The notes beneath the pieces were generated by a model, which searched no databases, had not been told where the DNA came from, and saw only the letters and a program-made list of their open reading frames with translations. Position numbers and translations under genes: made by a program. Source: Balanoglossus misakiensis (Eukaryota > Animalia > Hemichordata). Taken from it: 64,000 bases of DNA. Positions 14,869-26,317 of the stretch are shown here, piece by piece (within the stretch, counting starts at the first letter, position 1; every line of letters starts with the position of its first letter). The stretch lies in NCBI GenBank assembly GCA_040954595.2, contig CM082594.2:2589319-2653318 (forward strand). Reading direction: 5' to 3'.

Positions 14869-17800
14869 AATGATAATGATGATGATGATACAGTCTGAAT
14901 GACATGCCACAGAGAAATAGCATTTCTTTTACAATTGATTAATACTTACTAATATCACAGTCTGCTCCATTATATCCAGGCAAACAGTCACATGTGTAGC
15001 CACCTTCCTCACTCCTACAACTACCCCCATTCTTACAAGGTCTTTGTAAACACCAATTTTTAGCTGAAACATTGGCAACGCATGCCGTAAACAGTATTAG
15101 TTTTGTATGCGGTTATGTAACCTCATGCAGTAATCGACATACAAACCGACCATACAAGCTGTAACATACAGCTCCATATTTTAAGTCTATGAAAAGATCA
15201 TTTGACCTCCATTCATTACATCAAGGTTGATGCCAAATTGGCCACACCCTACACTTGTTACTTTTGATGGTGCATTTATAGCTAAATGAAGAAAAGTAAT
15301 ACTTGAACATCAAAGTCAAATAAATAGCAAAAATGGAAAATCAAAAGTTGACGACAAAGACAGTGTTTTCCCTTTCCTTTAAACTAATTCAGTTATTCAG
15401 CTTAATATGATTTAAAGCGATCAGAGAACCCAAAAATGTAATAGGGCTTACCAAGTTGACAGTTTCTTCCAACCCAGTCTGTGGGGCAGATGCAACGGTA
15501 AGAGACGCCTACATTCTCACATGTACCACCATTTTCACATGGATCATTGCTACAGGCTGCGTTTTTATTACAAACAAATAAAAAAATATCAAATACATGT
15601 ATATTAGATGTTACAAATTCATCGTGTCAGTCACACGTAAATGGAGAGAGGAGGAGATGGAGCGATGGAGAGAGAGGGAAAGAGGGAGAGAGACTCACCT
15701 ATGCCTGTTGGTGGACACCCATTTTCTATCGTTGTTGTGGCTGTTGCTGAAGTTACTGTCGGTTGTGGCGAAGTTGTACCCATAGTTGTTGATCCTTGAC
15801 TTGTTTGTAGTGGAGTTGAGGGTACTTTTGTTGTTTCAATTGTACTGGGTGGTATAGTTAACGATTCTGTTGTTGTTTCTCGTGTTATCGTCATTGTCGT
15901 AGTTGTCACAGTTGTTGGTTCTTCCGTTGTAATGATTGTATTGGATGGAGTGGTGTCTGTTTCTTCGATCGTCGTACTTGGCGACAAAGTAGTCTCTGTT
16001 GAAACCACTGTACTAGTTGTAGTTGCCACAGTTGTTGGTTCTTCCGTTGTAATGATTGTATTAGATGGAGTGGTGTCTGTTTCTTCTTCGATCGTCGTAC
16101 TTGGCAACAAAGTAGTTCTTGGAGTAGTTGGTTCTTGTCTAGTAGTCACTCTACTGGGTGTCATAGTATGCACTGTTGTTTTGATCATTTTACTAGGTGA
16201 CAGACTTTGCAGTTGTGTTGTAGTCATTGTAGTGGGCGACATAGAAGTCGATTGTTGTGTTGTATTTGCTACCACAAGGGGCAGAGTCGTTGTTTCTTGG
16301 GTTTTTGTGTCACGAGTCAGAGTAGTCGGTTCTTCTTTTGAAACCCCTGTACTTGGTGGTAAAGTGGTCACTCCATCTGTTGAAACCACTGTACTTGGTG
16401 GTAAAGTGGTCACTCCATCTGTTGAAACCACTGTACTTGGTGGTAAAGTGGTCACTCCATCTGTCGAAACCACTGTACTTGGTGGCAAAGTGGTCACTCC
16501 ATCTGTTGAAACCACTGTACTTGGTGGTAAAGTGGTCACTCCATCTGTCGAAACCACTGTACTTGGTGGCAAAGTGGTCACTCCATCTGTTGAAACCACT
16601 GTACTTGGTGGTAAAGTGGTCACTCCATCTGTTGAAACCACTGTACTTGGTGGCAAAGTGGTCACTCCATCTGTTGAAACCACTGTACTTGGTGGTAAAG
16701 TGGTCACTCCATCTGTCGAAACCACTGTACTTGGTGGCAAAGTGGTCTCTCCATCTGTTGAAACCACTGTACCTGGTGGCAAAGTGGTCACTCCATCTGT
16801 TGAAATCACTGTGCTATTTGTCGTAGTGGTCATTCCATCTGTCGAAACCAGATTACAAGGTGGGCAAGTGATCACTCCATCTGTCGAAGCCACTGTACTG
16901 GGTGGCATAGTGGTCACTCCATCTGTCGAAATCACTGTCCTGGGTGGCATAGTGGTCGCTCCATCTGTCGAAACCACTGTACTATTTGTCGTAGTGGTCA
17001 TTCCATCTGTCGAAACCAGATTACAAGGTGGGCAAGTGATCACTCCATCTGTCGAAACCACTGTACTGGGTGGCATAGTTGTCGTTCCATCTGTTGAAAC
17101 CACTGTACTTGGTGGTAAAGTGGTCACTCCATCTGTTGAAATCACTGTACTTGGTGGTAAAGTGGTCACTCCATCTGTTGAAACTACTGTACTTGGTGGC
17201 AAAGTGGTCACTCCATCTGTTGAAATCACTGTACTTGGTGGTAAAGTGGTCACTCCATCTGTTGAAACCACTGTACTTGGTGGTAAAGTGGTCACTCCAT
17301 CTGTCGAAACCACTGTACTTGGTGGCAAGGTGGTCACTCCATCTGTCGAAACCACTGTACTTGGTGGCAAAGTGGTCACTCCATCTGTTGAAACCACTGT
17401 ACTTGGTGGCAAAGTGGTCACTCCATCTGTTGAAACCACTGTACTTGGTGGCAAAGTGGTCACTCCATCTGTTGAAACCACTGTACTTGGTGGCAAAGTG
17501 GTCACTCCATCTGTTGAAACCACTGTACTTGGTGGTAAAGTGGTCACTCCATCTGTTGAAACCACTGTACTTGGTGGTAAAGTGGTCACTCCATCTGTCG
17601 AAACCACTGTACTTGGTGGTAAAGTGGTCACTCCATCTGTTGAAACCACTGTACTTGGTGGTAAAGTGGTCACTCCATCTGTCGAAACCACTGTACTTGG
17701 TGGCAAAGTGGTCACTCCATCTGTTGAAACCACTGTACTTGGTGGCAAAGTGGTCACTCCATCTGTTGAAATCACTGTACTATTTGTCGTAGTGGTCACT

Positions 17801-20800
17801 CCATCTGTTGAAATCACTGTACTATTTGTCGTAGTGGTCATTCCATCTGTCGAAACCAGATTACAAGGTGGGCAAGTGATCACTCCATCTGTCGAAACCA
17901 CTGTACTGGGTGGCATAGTGGTCACTCCATCTGTCGAAATCACTGTCCTGGGTGGCATAGTGGTCGCTCCATCTGTCGAAACCACTGTACTATTTGTCGT
18001 AGTGGTCACTCCATCTGTTGAAATCACTGTACTATTTGTTGTAGTGGTCATTCCATCTGTCGAAACCAGATTACAAGGTGGGCAAGTGATCACTCCATCT
18101 GTCGAAACAACTGTACTGGGTGGCATAGTGGTCGCTCCATCTGTCGAAATCACTGTACTGGTTGGCATAGTGGTCGCTCCATCTGTCGAAAGCACTGTAC
18201 TGGGTGGCATAGTGGTCACTCCATCTGTCGAAATCACTGTACTGGTTGGCATAGTGGTCACTCCATCTGTCGAAATCACTGTACTGGTTGGCATAGTGGT
18301 CGCTCCATCTGTCGAAATCACTGTACTGGTTGGCATAGTGGTCGCTCCATCTGTCGAAATCACTGTACTGGGTGGCATAGTGGTCACTCCATCTGTCGAA
18401 AGCACTGTACTGGGTGGCATAGTGGTCGCTCCATCTGTCGAAATCACTGTACTGGGTGGCATAGTGGTCGCTCCATCTGTCGAAAGCACTGTACTGGGTG
18501 GCATAGTGGTCGCTCCATCTGTCGAAAGCACTGTACTGGGTGGCATAGTGGTCGCTCCATCTGTCGAAAGCACTGTACTGGGTGGCATAGTGGTCACTCC
18601 ATCTGTCGAAACCACTGTACTGGGTGGCATAGTGGTCGCTCCATCTGTCGAAACCACTGTACTAGGTAGCAATGTGGTCACTCCATTTGTTGAAACCAGA
18701 TTACAAGGTGGGCAAGTGATCACTCCATCTGTCGAAAGCACTGTACTGGGTGGCATAGTGGTCACTCCATCTGTCGAAATCACTGTACTGGTTGGCATAG
18801 TGGTCGCTCCATCTGTCGAAAGCACTGTACTGGGTGGCATAGTGGTCGCTCCATCTGTCGAAACCACTGTACTGGGTGGCATAGTGGTCGCTCCATCTGT
18901 CGAAACCACTGTACTAGGTAGCAATGTGGTCACTCCATTTGTTGAAACCAGATTACAAGGTGGGCAAGTGATAACTCCATCTGTCGAAACCACCGTACTG
19001 GGTGGCATAGTGGTCGCTCCATCTGTCGAAACCACTGCACTGGGTGGCATAATGGTCGCTCCATCTGTCGAAACCACTGTACTAGGTAGCAATGTGGTCA
19101 CTCCATTTGTTGAAACCAGATTACAAGGTGGGCAAGTGATCACTCCATCTGTCGAAACCACTGTACTGGGTGGCATAGTGGTCACTCCATCTGTTGAAAC
19201 CACTGTACTGGGTGGCATACTGGTCGCTCCATCTGTCGAAACCACTGTACTGGGTGGCATAGTGGTCACTCCATCTGTTGAAACCACTGTACTGGGTGGC
19301 ATAGTGGTCACTCCATCTGTTGAAACCACTGTACTGGGTGGCATAGTGGTCACTCCATCTGTTGAAACCACTGTACTGGGTTGCATAGTGGTCACTTCAT
19401 CTGTTGAAACCACTGCAGTAGGTGGCAGGGCTGGGTTCTCTGTGGTAATCCCTGCAGTAGTCAAAAGAGTAGATGATTCTTCTGTGGCAATCATTGTACC
19501 AGGCCTCAGGGTGGACAAATCTTCTGCTGCAGTCACAGTACCACCAGACACAACAGTCAGGTCTTCCATTGTACTCATATCTGTATAGGATACGGTAGTG
19601 GTTTCTTTTGTGGTGAATACTGCACTGGCATCTGTTTCTTCTATGGCAGTAGAAGTCCACACGTCCGCTGTAATCATTCCTTCCGTTGTTGATTCCTCCG
19701 TTGCCGTATTTCCACTTACTGAAATAACAGATTGCAATCATCAGTTGTACCTATACCCTACCCATCGACCTAAAACGGTCTCACTTATAAAACATCAAAC
19801 GAACATACAAGCTGTTTTACGAAAGAGTAACCCAAAAAATGAATTTTAACGCTGCAGTTACGCTGGTGGCCTGAAGTACCGTACAGGTTTGTGTTACTAT
19901 TACTAAAACGTTAGTGATATTTACTTGAGGAAAAGCAGCTGTCCTTAATATTTTTTTAATTTTTAATAGAATGTATTGCGCCATTGCATTTTCACTGAAA
20001 CTCAGGGGGCGACTCACGCCGTAAAGCACAGTGGGTAATTTTCAACCACAGCCGCACATTTCAAACCAGACAAGCGAACTGCTAACTTCCGGTGTCTGGG
20101 CAACACGTTTGATGTGCCTTGTGTTTTGCACAATATTCGACTTCGAGGAGACAGACCTATAATACTTCTTAATGTGGTTCTGTTTCTTTGTCATTTTTGT
20201 TAGTGCAACCGCGATCCACGAGATCGTAAACTGCTTGGCGACCGCAGGTCAAGTCGCTGTGTGTTGTAAACAAACATAGTAAATGGTTCTTCACAGCAAC
20301 ACGCTCGCTCTACCCACAGTCACCGTACTGTCGATCGTTTCCATGTCAGTTTCACGCTAGCACGTTATAATGCCCCTATCATGCCTATCGTAATCCCGGG
20401 ATCGTAATTTCTTTATGATATGACAGTCCCACTGATCTGACAACACGCTCGCTTTTATTACTATATTATATCGTTTTGTCCTGTTCGCTAGCCCTGTGTG
20501 CAGCTAGATCTGCGTGCATGTAATCCCTGCGTTCGGACTATCCCGTTCGCCGTTTACTGAACTGCAAATTGCAGAATCGGTTTGCGTCTGGGCCGAAACG
20601 GCCATGATTGTGTAAATTAAAGGCCGAACCGAGAGGATTAAGTGCCGTAACGACTTGTTACCGACTGGGACGGCTAAGAGCCAAGACCATTGCAGCTCAG
20701 TGTGGCAGGGCCGGTGGTGTGTCTCACGGCGACGCGTCTCCACACACTGTACTGCTACTTCTGAGCGGACTCAGGCGATATTGTTAGCTATATATAGCTT

Positions 20801-23459
20801 GGTCTAACGCAGGGCCATGACTGATTTTGGTATTTTGTAAGATACTTGATCACGATTCTTGGAATATTGCGTAGACAAAATAATTTGCGCCTGTTTGTAT
20901 CTGTCAACTCGAGCAGCGTACACTGTAATGCCCGTGTGCCAAACACGTTGTCTATGGGAGTCGCAGAAATACTACCCACTTTCGGGCGTAGAATTCAACA
21001 CGGTCATACGGGGTTTTAGAAAGAGGCGCTTAGAGGCGCTTTTATATTTTTAAACTGTTATGATGAAGAAAAACTCAAAACTGTTTTTTAAATGGATATC
21101 GCCCCGACCGTTTTCATGCAATAATGCCCAAAACACAGCTAATTAACCTTTTTAAGGTCCTACTTCAAGATTGGGTATATCAATTTCAATTCTCCGCAAA
21201 ATAAACACAGATGTAGTATCATTCGAAAAAAAAAATGTCTGCACATAATGTAAATTTCTAAATTTGTGATCGTGTTTTATTTCTATGATCACATTCTGTT
21301 CAAAAACGGGGTTTTTCGAGCCTCTACTGTCGACAAGACGCGCATATGAGTGAGCTGTTAATTTCCAGAATGCCGCACTCTGATTGGTCAATTTAGTAGC
21401 CACTAGAGGGCAGCGTTCGTGAGTCCCCCCCCCCCCCCCCTGACTGAAACTGTAAGATTCCCGTATGATACTGTCACGCATGTCTAATAAATCCACCAGA
21501 GCTCTCTTTGGCATTGCGTGTAATAGTTTAAAGGGACAAAGTCTCTCTCTCGCTGCCCCTTTTCCATTAATTATGTTTGATACAGGACACCGTTTATGTC
21601 ATCTACATGTTTATATTAAAGTGAATCAACGTTCGACCACACACAACTTCCATCCCATTTATAGGATATGAGAGCAAAAATCTCGCCAAATGAATAAACG
21701 GTAAAGACTGATTATTCATTTTGGCGAGTTTTTTACTCTCGTGTCTACAAGTGGGATGGAAGTTGTGTGTGGTCGAACAATGATTCACTATAAATCCACA
21801 TGTAGAATAACATAAACAGTGTCTTGTATCAAACATAATTATGTGGAAAAGGGTAGTGAGAGAGAGACTTTGTCCCTTTATCCCTTTAAAGAGGCTTATT
21901 TACGACGATGGTCGTAACTGAGGTTACCATGGATCGGTTGGCCAGTGCACAGGAGATTTTACTACAGTCAAATGAATAAGTATGAGGTTAAGCATGTCTC
22001 ATTTCAGTACATCGCTCACGGATTCACTGTCAGATTATCGTTGTGAAAATCACTCTCAATTGTTTACGTTATTGAAAACATGAAAAACGAGGAGACCTTT
22101 TGAAAGCGGAGGCAAACAGCTGCTAAAATTTATCGATTTTGAATTTATAGGTTTGAATGGCCGAGAAGAACCTACTGTATTATTGCACCCTGCATTCATT
22201 TTACCTGGCACTCAATTGACATGGGATTCTTCGCTTAACAACAATGGAACACTTCGAGCAAGCACATTCTATGGAATGTGCTCTCTAACCCCGACCCGAA
22301 GTCAGTGATAGAAGTTCTGACAATTCAGTGCCCAAACCGAGCATAAACATAAATAGATGTGCACTAGAACTATAAAATAGATTGCCAATGACTATAAACA
22401 CGGCGATGACTTTACACAAACAATACGGTGTGAAACAGTATGTCCATTAGTGTAAACACGATCGCACAGCAAATGAAATGAGTACTTCAGACTCTATGAT
22501 TACAACCGACTCTCAAATTACGTCTTACACGTAAGCAAACATTCCACTCAGTAGCTCTGACAATACTACGGCGGCTGTTTCACCTGGGATTGTGTTGTTT
22601 GCGCCACATGACACAGAACAATGTCGAACTTAGAATGTCAGTTGGTTTAGAAAACCATTGCGCTGAGTTGAACATCAGCAGTCATGAGCAGCCGACGACG
22701 AGTAAAGGCAGAGAGAGAGACCGCCAATGTTGATGTTGTTGTATTAACTGAATGTTTTCTAAGATTACATGTGGATTAAGGCGACCAAGTGCTGAATCAA
22801 CAGTCTGTACTTCTTTCCCCTCCACTTGAAAGGACCATTCCACGAGAAAGTTCAATAATGCCAGGGCCACGACTACTGGACCAAACGATTAAAAAAGGCC
22901 CAGGAATCTACCTACTGGCCTTATTTTCTGAAAAGAATGCTACAGCAAACGCGTATTGTCTATGTGCGCCTTAGCGGGAAATCCCCCCAGCAATCATATC
23001 AGATTACTCTCGCTATGTTTTCATTAAAGCTCAAGATGTTTTGCTCTAACTTCCATGAGCATTGGCTTTTATTGTGGTTAGAATACTGTGACTAATTCTG
23101 ATATCACATAAAACTGAACTATCAGATTGTCGTAGAAAAATGACTGATAGCGGGGAACCTGCTAATATTAATTTGCTCAATTAATTAGCAAAAAAATTAA
23201 ACCAATTTGGGTACTAGCAGCGGTGGTGAAATGGTATGCTAAACAGAATAAACTGCTCTTGGTTTTTATTTGAACTTTTCGATTTCTCAAAGTTGTCCTG
23301 GTTTCCATCGAGTTGGCGAAACCCTGTAAGTGGCAAAGAGGCGGGTTTCATGTAACCAGTGGGTCAGAGTTCGCAGAAATGTAACTTACCTGGACCAGGT
23401 GACATGGTGAGCACAGCAGCAATGCCGAAAAAGAATCTCACGGCCCCGGAAGGCGCCAT
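36..23459 (-). CDS. MUC4-like / mucin-like protein: signal peptide-PTS mucin-10xEGF-NIDO-AMOP-VWD-EGF/cbEGF array; 38 exons, 3' end outside window
   Basis: Hand-traced GT-AG exons in transcription order: 23390-23459, 15699-19718, 15452-15556, 14950-15063, 14666-14803, 14253-14375, 13751-13861, 13345-13455, 12781-12894, 12276-12386, 11894-12031, 11542-11664, 11226-11386, 10819-10995, 10242-10484, 9229-9739, 8846-9043, 7770-7889, 7310-7515, 7010-7094, 6511-6708, 6045-6155, 5591-5857, 5320-5478, 4871-5052, 4475-4658, 4226-4366, 3945-4076, 3581-3703, 3199-3450, 2906-3031, 2645-2770, 2301-2423, 1769-1885, 1271-1411, 739-870, 390-518, 36-164. Total 9751 nt (3250 codons + 1), phases compatible, no stops seen. 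Confidence 0.9.
3474..3535. repeat. (GAT)n microsatellite, intronic
   Basis: About 20 consecutive GAT units. An (AATC)n run follows at ~3735-3808 and another (GAT)n at ~14833-14889. Confidence 0.95.
5591..7515 (-). CDS. VWD domain (GDPH) and following C8-like Cys region
   Basis: [51 protein letters not shown]....SLF, and [10 protein letters not shown]. Confidence 0.9.
7770..9043 (-). CDS. AMOP-domain exons
   Basis: 8846-9043 reads GAGQRCRY...[13 protein letters not shown]. 7770-7889 reads [37 protein letters not shown], matching the AMOP C-terminal pattern CC..C..Y...RP...C..Y.PP. Confidence 0.85.
8431..8782. mobile_element. Palindromic MITE, TTAA-flanked with AGG terminus (Kolobok-like)
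   Basis: Almost the whole element is an inverted repeat (~170-bp arms) and it is flanked by TTAA. A second copy lies at ~21532-21877. Confidence 0.75.
9229..11386 (-). CDS. NIDO-domain exons and start of AMOP
   Basis: MFPFG...[13 protein letters not shown] / FTDNGLVVF...VAVFWDDVD...GEVFYH / [14 protein letters not shown] / [12 protein letters not shown]...GRWIFRVE are nidogen-G1 (NIDO) motifs. They are followed by CLEWY...CPC, the AMOP start. Confidence 0.88.
11542..15556 (-). CDS. Ten single-exon EGF/cbEGF modules between the PTS region and NIDO
   Basis: Phase-1 exons of 105-138 bp with six-Cys EGF patterns, e.g. [35 protein letters not shown] and [40 protein letters not shown]. Confidence 0.9.
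15699..19718 (-). CDS. 4020-bp PTS mucin-domain exon
   Basis: Lies within ORF 15631..19737(-). Acceptor tttcag precedes 19718 and donor gtgagt follows 15699. Thr/Ser/Pro-rich, with 13-aa repeats TT(M/L)[10 protein letters not shown](V/A). Confidence 0.92.
16330..19430 (-). repeat. Coding minisatellite, 39-bp unit, roughly 80 copies
   Basis: Plus-strand unit such as GAAACCACTGTACTTGGTGGTAAAGTGGTCACTCCATCTGTT, repeated in phase. Variant units encode ITCPPCNL and TTTTNSTV. Confidence 0.95.
21400..21413 (+). promoter_or_regulatory. CTCF-like motif in intron 1 of the mucin gene
   Basis: CCACTAGAGGGCAG resembles the bilaterian CTCF core. It may simply be part of a TE end; no functional evidence. 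Confidence 0.25.
21532..21877. mobile_element. Second copy of the palindromic TTAA MITE, opposite orientation
   Basis: ttaa|agggacaaagtctctctct ... agagagagactttgtccct|tta; clearly homologous to 8431-8782. Confidence 0.75.
23390..23459 (-). CDS. First coding exon (signal peptide) of the mucin gene
   Basis: Start context caaacATGG. Encodes [23 protein letters not shown] with a hydrophobic core, then a phase-1 gtaagt donor that joins in frame to (V)SGNTATEE of the mucin exon. Confidence 0.8.
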
Positions 23460-26317
23460 GTTTGTGCCTTCGCCGCTGGATGTTCAACGGCAATATTCAG
23501 TTTGAAGTACTTGATGCTCAGGCGTTGACTACAAGTGTGAAATTGCCTCAAACTTAGCACCACACCCATTTTTGCATATTCCGCCGGGGGTGAGTGCAAT
23601 CGGCCGTAAGTGCCTGTGATTGATATCCATGTAGCCGTTATTGACCAACAAAGTTTCATATGTCCACGCTCTCATTGATGCCATTGTTCGCATTCGGCAC
23701 AGGGGTTCAGTACCTTTGTCCTTACCTAAACAAATGAAGGTTTGGCGAGTGAGAGTGTTGAAATCAGGCCAGTGTTCTGTAGCAGTGTTATCACAAGACT
23801 TTCACTTGAGCATACAGAAACCAGGTCAGGTTCTTCTGTTTTAAAAATTGTTTGATAGATTTTCAATGTGAATTTTCGATAAACACTACGTTTGTGTGTG
23901 AACTAGTAGACGTGAAAAAATGACCATGGAAACACTTAATTTGCAATGGTGCACGCTACTTACTTGGAAAGAGGGCCAAGTGATTATAGTGTGCTGAATG
24001 CTGATTTTGGACCACGTTCTTTGTTGTCACGGTAACCAATCAATGCGTCTGTCATCTCCATCTCAGGTTGTATTGCAATTTAGAATGGTGTTGATTTTGA
24101 AATATGTAGTAATCATAAATGTTGCAACAGGTTGTCTTTTGAAAATATGAAAACCGAAACTTCTTGTGTGACATAATCATTTATTAATAAAATGGCTCCT
24201 CGGCAGCCATGTTTGATCGCAATGAAACGCAAATTGGTGCGCATATGCCAGTTGCGGTACACGCAGTGGTGGATACCTGGCAAACGTGTTGGAGTTGGCG
24301 AGTATAGTATTAGTATATTGTCTGTACCTCATTTGACACTGGTTCGGACGTCTAGACTTAGTCTATAAATCAATGCGTCGCCAAAATACAAATGCAGTTC
24401 GTTCGACCCATAAGCTTACAGCAGGCCATTGAACAAACACTCTTTATATCAAACTGAATCGTCTTCTGATATTACTGTTGGCATTCTCTACGTCAACAGC
24501 TAGACATATTCATTTGATATTTCATATGGCCGTCGATTTCGGTTTGCCCCCGGCTGTTACAGATACGACCGACATGTGTCTCTGAAGTCGTATATTTCAA
24601 TGTCTGGTGATCATAAATAACAGAAATATATTATGTGTACGTCCGACAACTGTCTGTCGTTGGGGGGTATCCCTTTTACAAGCACTGCTCTAGCCATGTC
24701 CGCCATTTTCCTTTCATGTTTAAAACAAAAGCACAATTACTTAAAAGGCAAAGTCCTTCACGTTTGACATAAGAATTTAGTTCTGATAGGCCGCTAATGT
24801 TATTCTGCTCATTTAAATAATATGCTCGGTACCAGTTGTCACAACTCTGTTGACACCCTGTATATGACCATAGCATGTGGATACAAGTACGACGCATTGT
24901 TTATATTGTCCAAAAATTAAACGATGTAAGAATTCAAGTGTTATACCAATGAAGAGATTGTGAGTTTAAATGTGACGACTACACATCAGGGCATATACTG
25001 GCCGGCAACCGCTTTAACCGTCGATTGTGTTTAACTGGAGACAAACCTTCAAGGTCCGATGATCAGCTGGAATTGTCCTGTTTGCCATACAACTCTGAGG
25101 CGAAACGGCATTCAATGTGAAGAACAAAGTTATTGTTTGCGTTAGAGGGCACAGAAGTTGTGATGAACCCGGAAACTGCCAGCTTTAGAAATTCACAGCC
25201 ACTTTTCAGATATTGAACAAAGCCAAAAACTGGTCAGCCTGAAAGTAGGCTCCCGGACGGATCTCGAACGCGAAGTTGTGTAGCACGCTCTACACGTAGT
25301 CGTTCCATAAACATACACATCTGCCCTACACAAAGCTTGCCATAAACCTAGAAAGGCTTAGAATCGTACGATTTACTTGGAAAGACACCAACTCTACGTT
25401 CAACCTATATTTAATTTGTCTAATATTACATCACTAAAACCGACGCTTATGCAAGTTTGCTTTAGTATTCCAAACAACCATGCAATATGAAGTAGGAATT
25501 TGACCTCATTTTCTTGCTATACGTACCACACCTGTCTTTGATCTACTAAATGCTTGAATGGTCCTGGTGGCGTAAATATAGTCGCTCGTGGTTCAGGTGT
25601 TTGGAACACATCCACTGGAGTTGTTTTACATGGGAAATTACTTACACACTTTTATTTGGTAAAATTTAATTTCAACCCCGCTGTGAAACGTGTAGAGTCT
25701 GACCGTTAAAAATTAGGTTTCCATTCACTTTAGTCATGGCGTTTTGTTCACATTCATCGGTAAATCTTGGATTTCTTCACCAGGATTTAGTTTTGCAGTT
25801 TTGCTGGGTTCGTTGCGATTTGGATCTGGTCGATAACCCTTGTACCAGATGAAAAAAGTCAATGTAAAGCTGTTGATTCGTCAAACAATGGTTGCATCTT
25901 CCAGGTTCACAAACTTGTGGTCACGCCTTTGAAGGTGGCTGCTTTCATGTTATACTCTTGTGGTTAACATAAAAGAGAAGAATTTCAAGCCATGTCACTA
26001 TGCATACGACAGACATTCAAGCATTGTTCGCCGGGGGATATGGGCAATTGAACATGGAAATTCTGGCGACTGAACGTACCTCTGTTGGAAAATCCTGAAC
26101 AGAAGATTCAGAATTTTAATTACAGCTTCTCTCTGGCTTTCTAACCAATGTTTACTCTCCCTTCCTCACTTCACAATCTCAAAGTCAAGCTTCTAAACAT
26201 GATTGTGCATTCCCTCAATTGAATGCATACATATGCGTACGTGGGACCAATCAAATGACCTACATTACACGTCCTATACACATGTATTGCATGTTTTGAT
26301 TGGTTTATCCGCTTCTC

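Noticed and set aside
16330-19430. Regular ~39-bp periodicity resembling a CRISPR array
   Set aside because: No unique spacers and no cas genes; the units are contiguous, in frame and inside a eukaryotic exon.
15932-19588. 1218-aa plus-strand Val/Gly-rich ORF, plus the Leu/Lys ORFs at 16338 and 17079
   Set aside because: Antisense shadow of the stop-free 39-bp mucin repeat. The minus frame has splice sites and links in phase to flanking exons.
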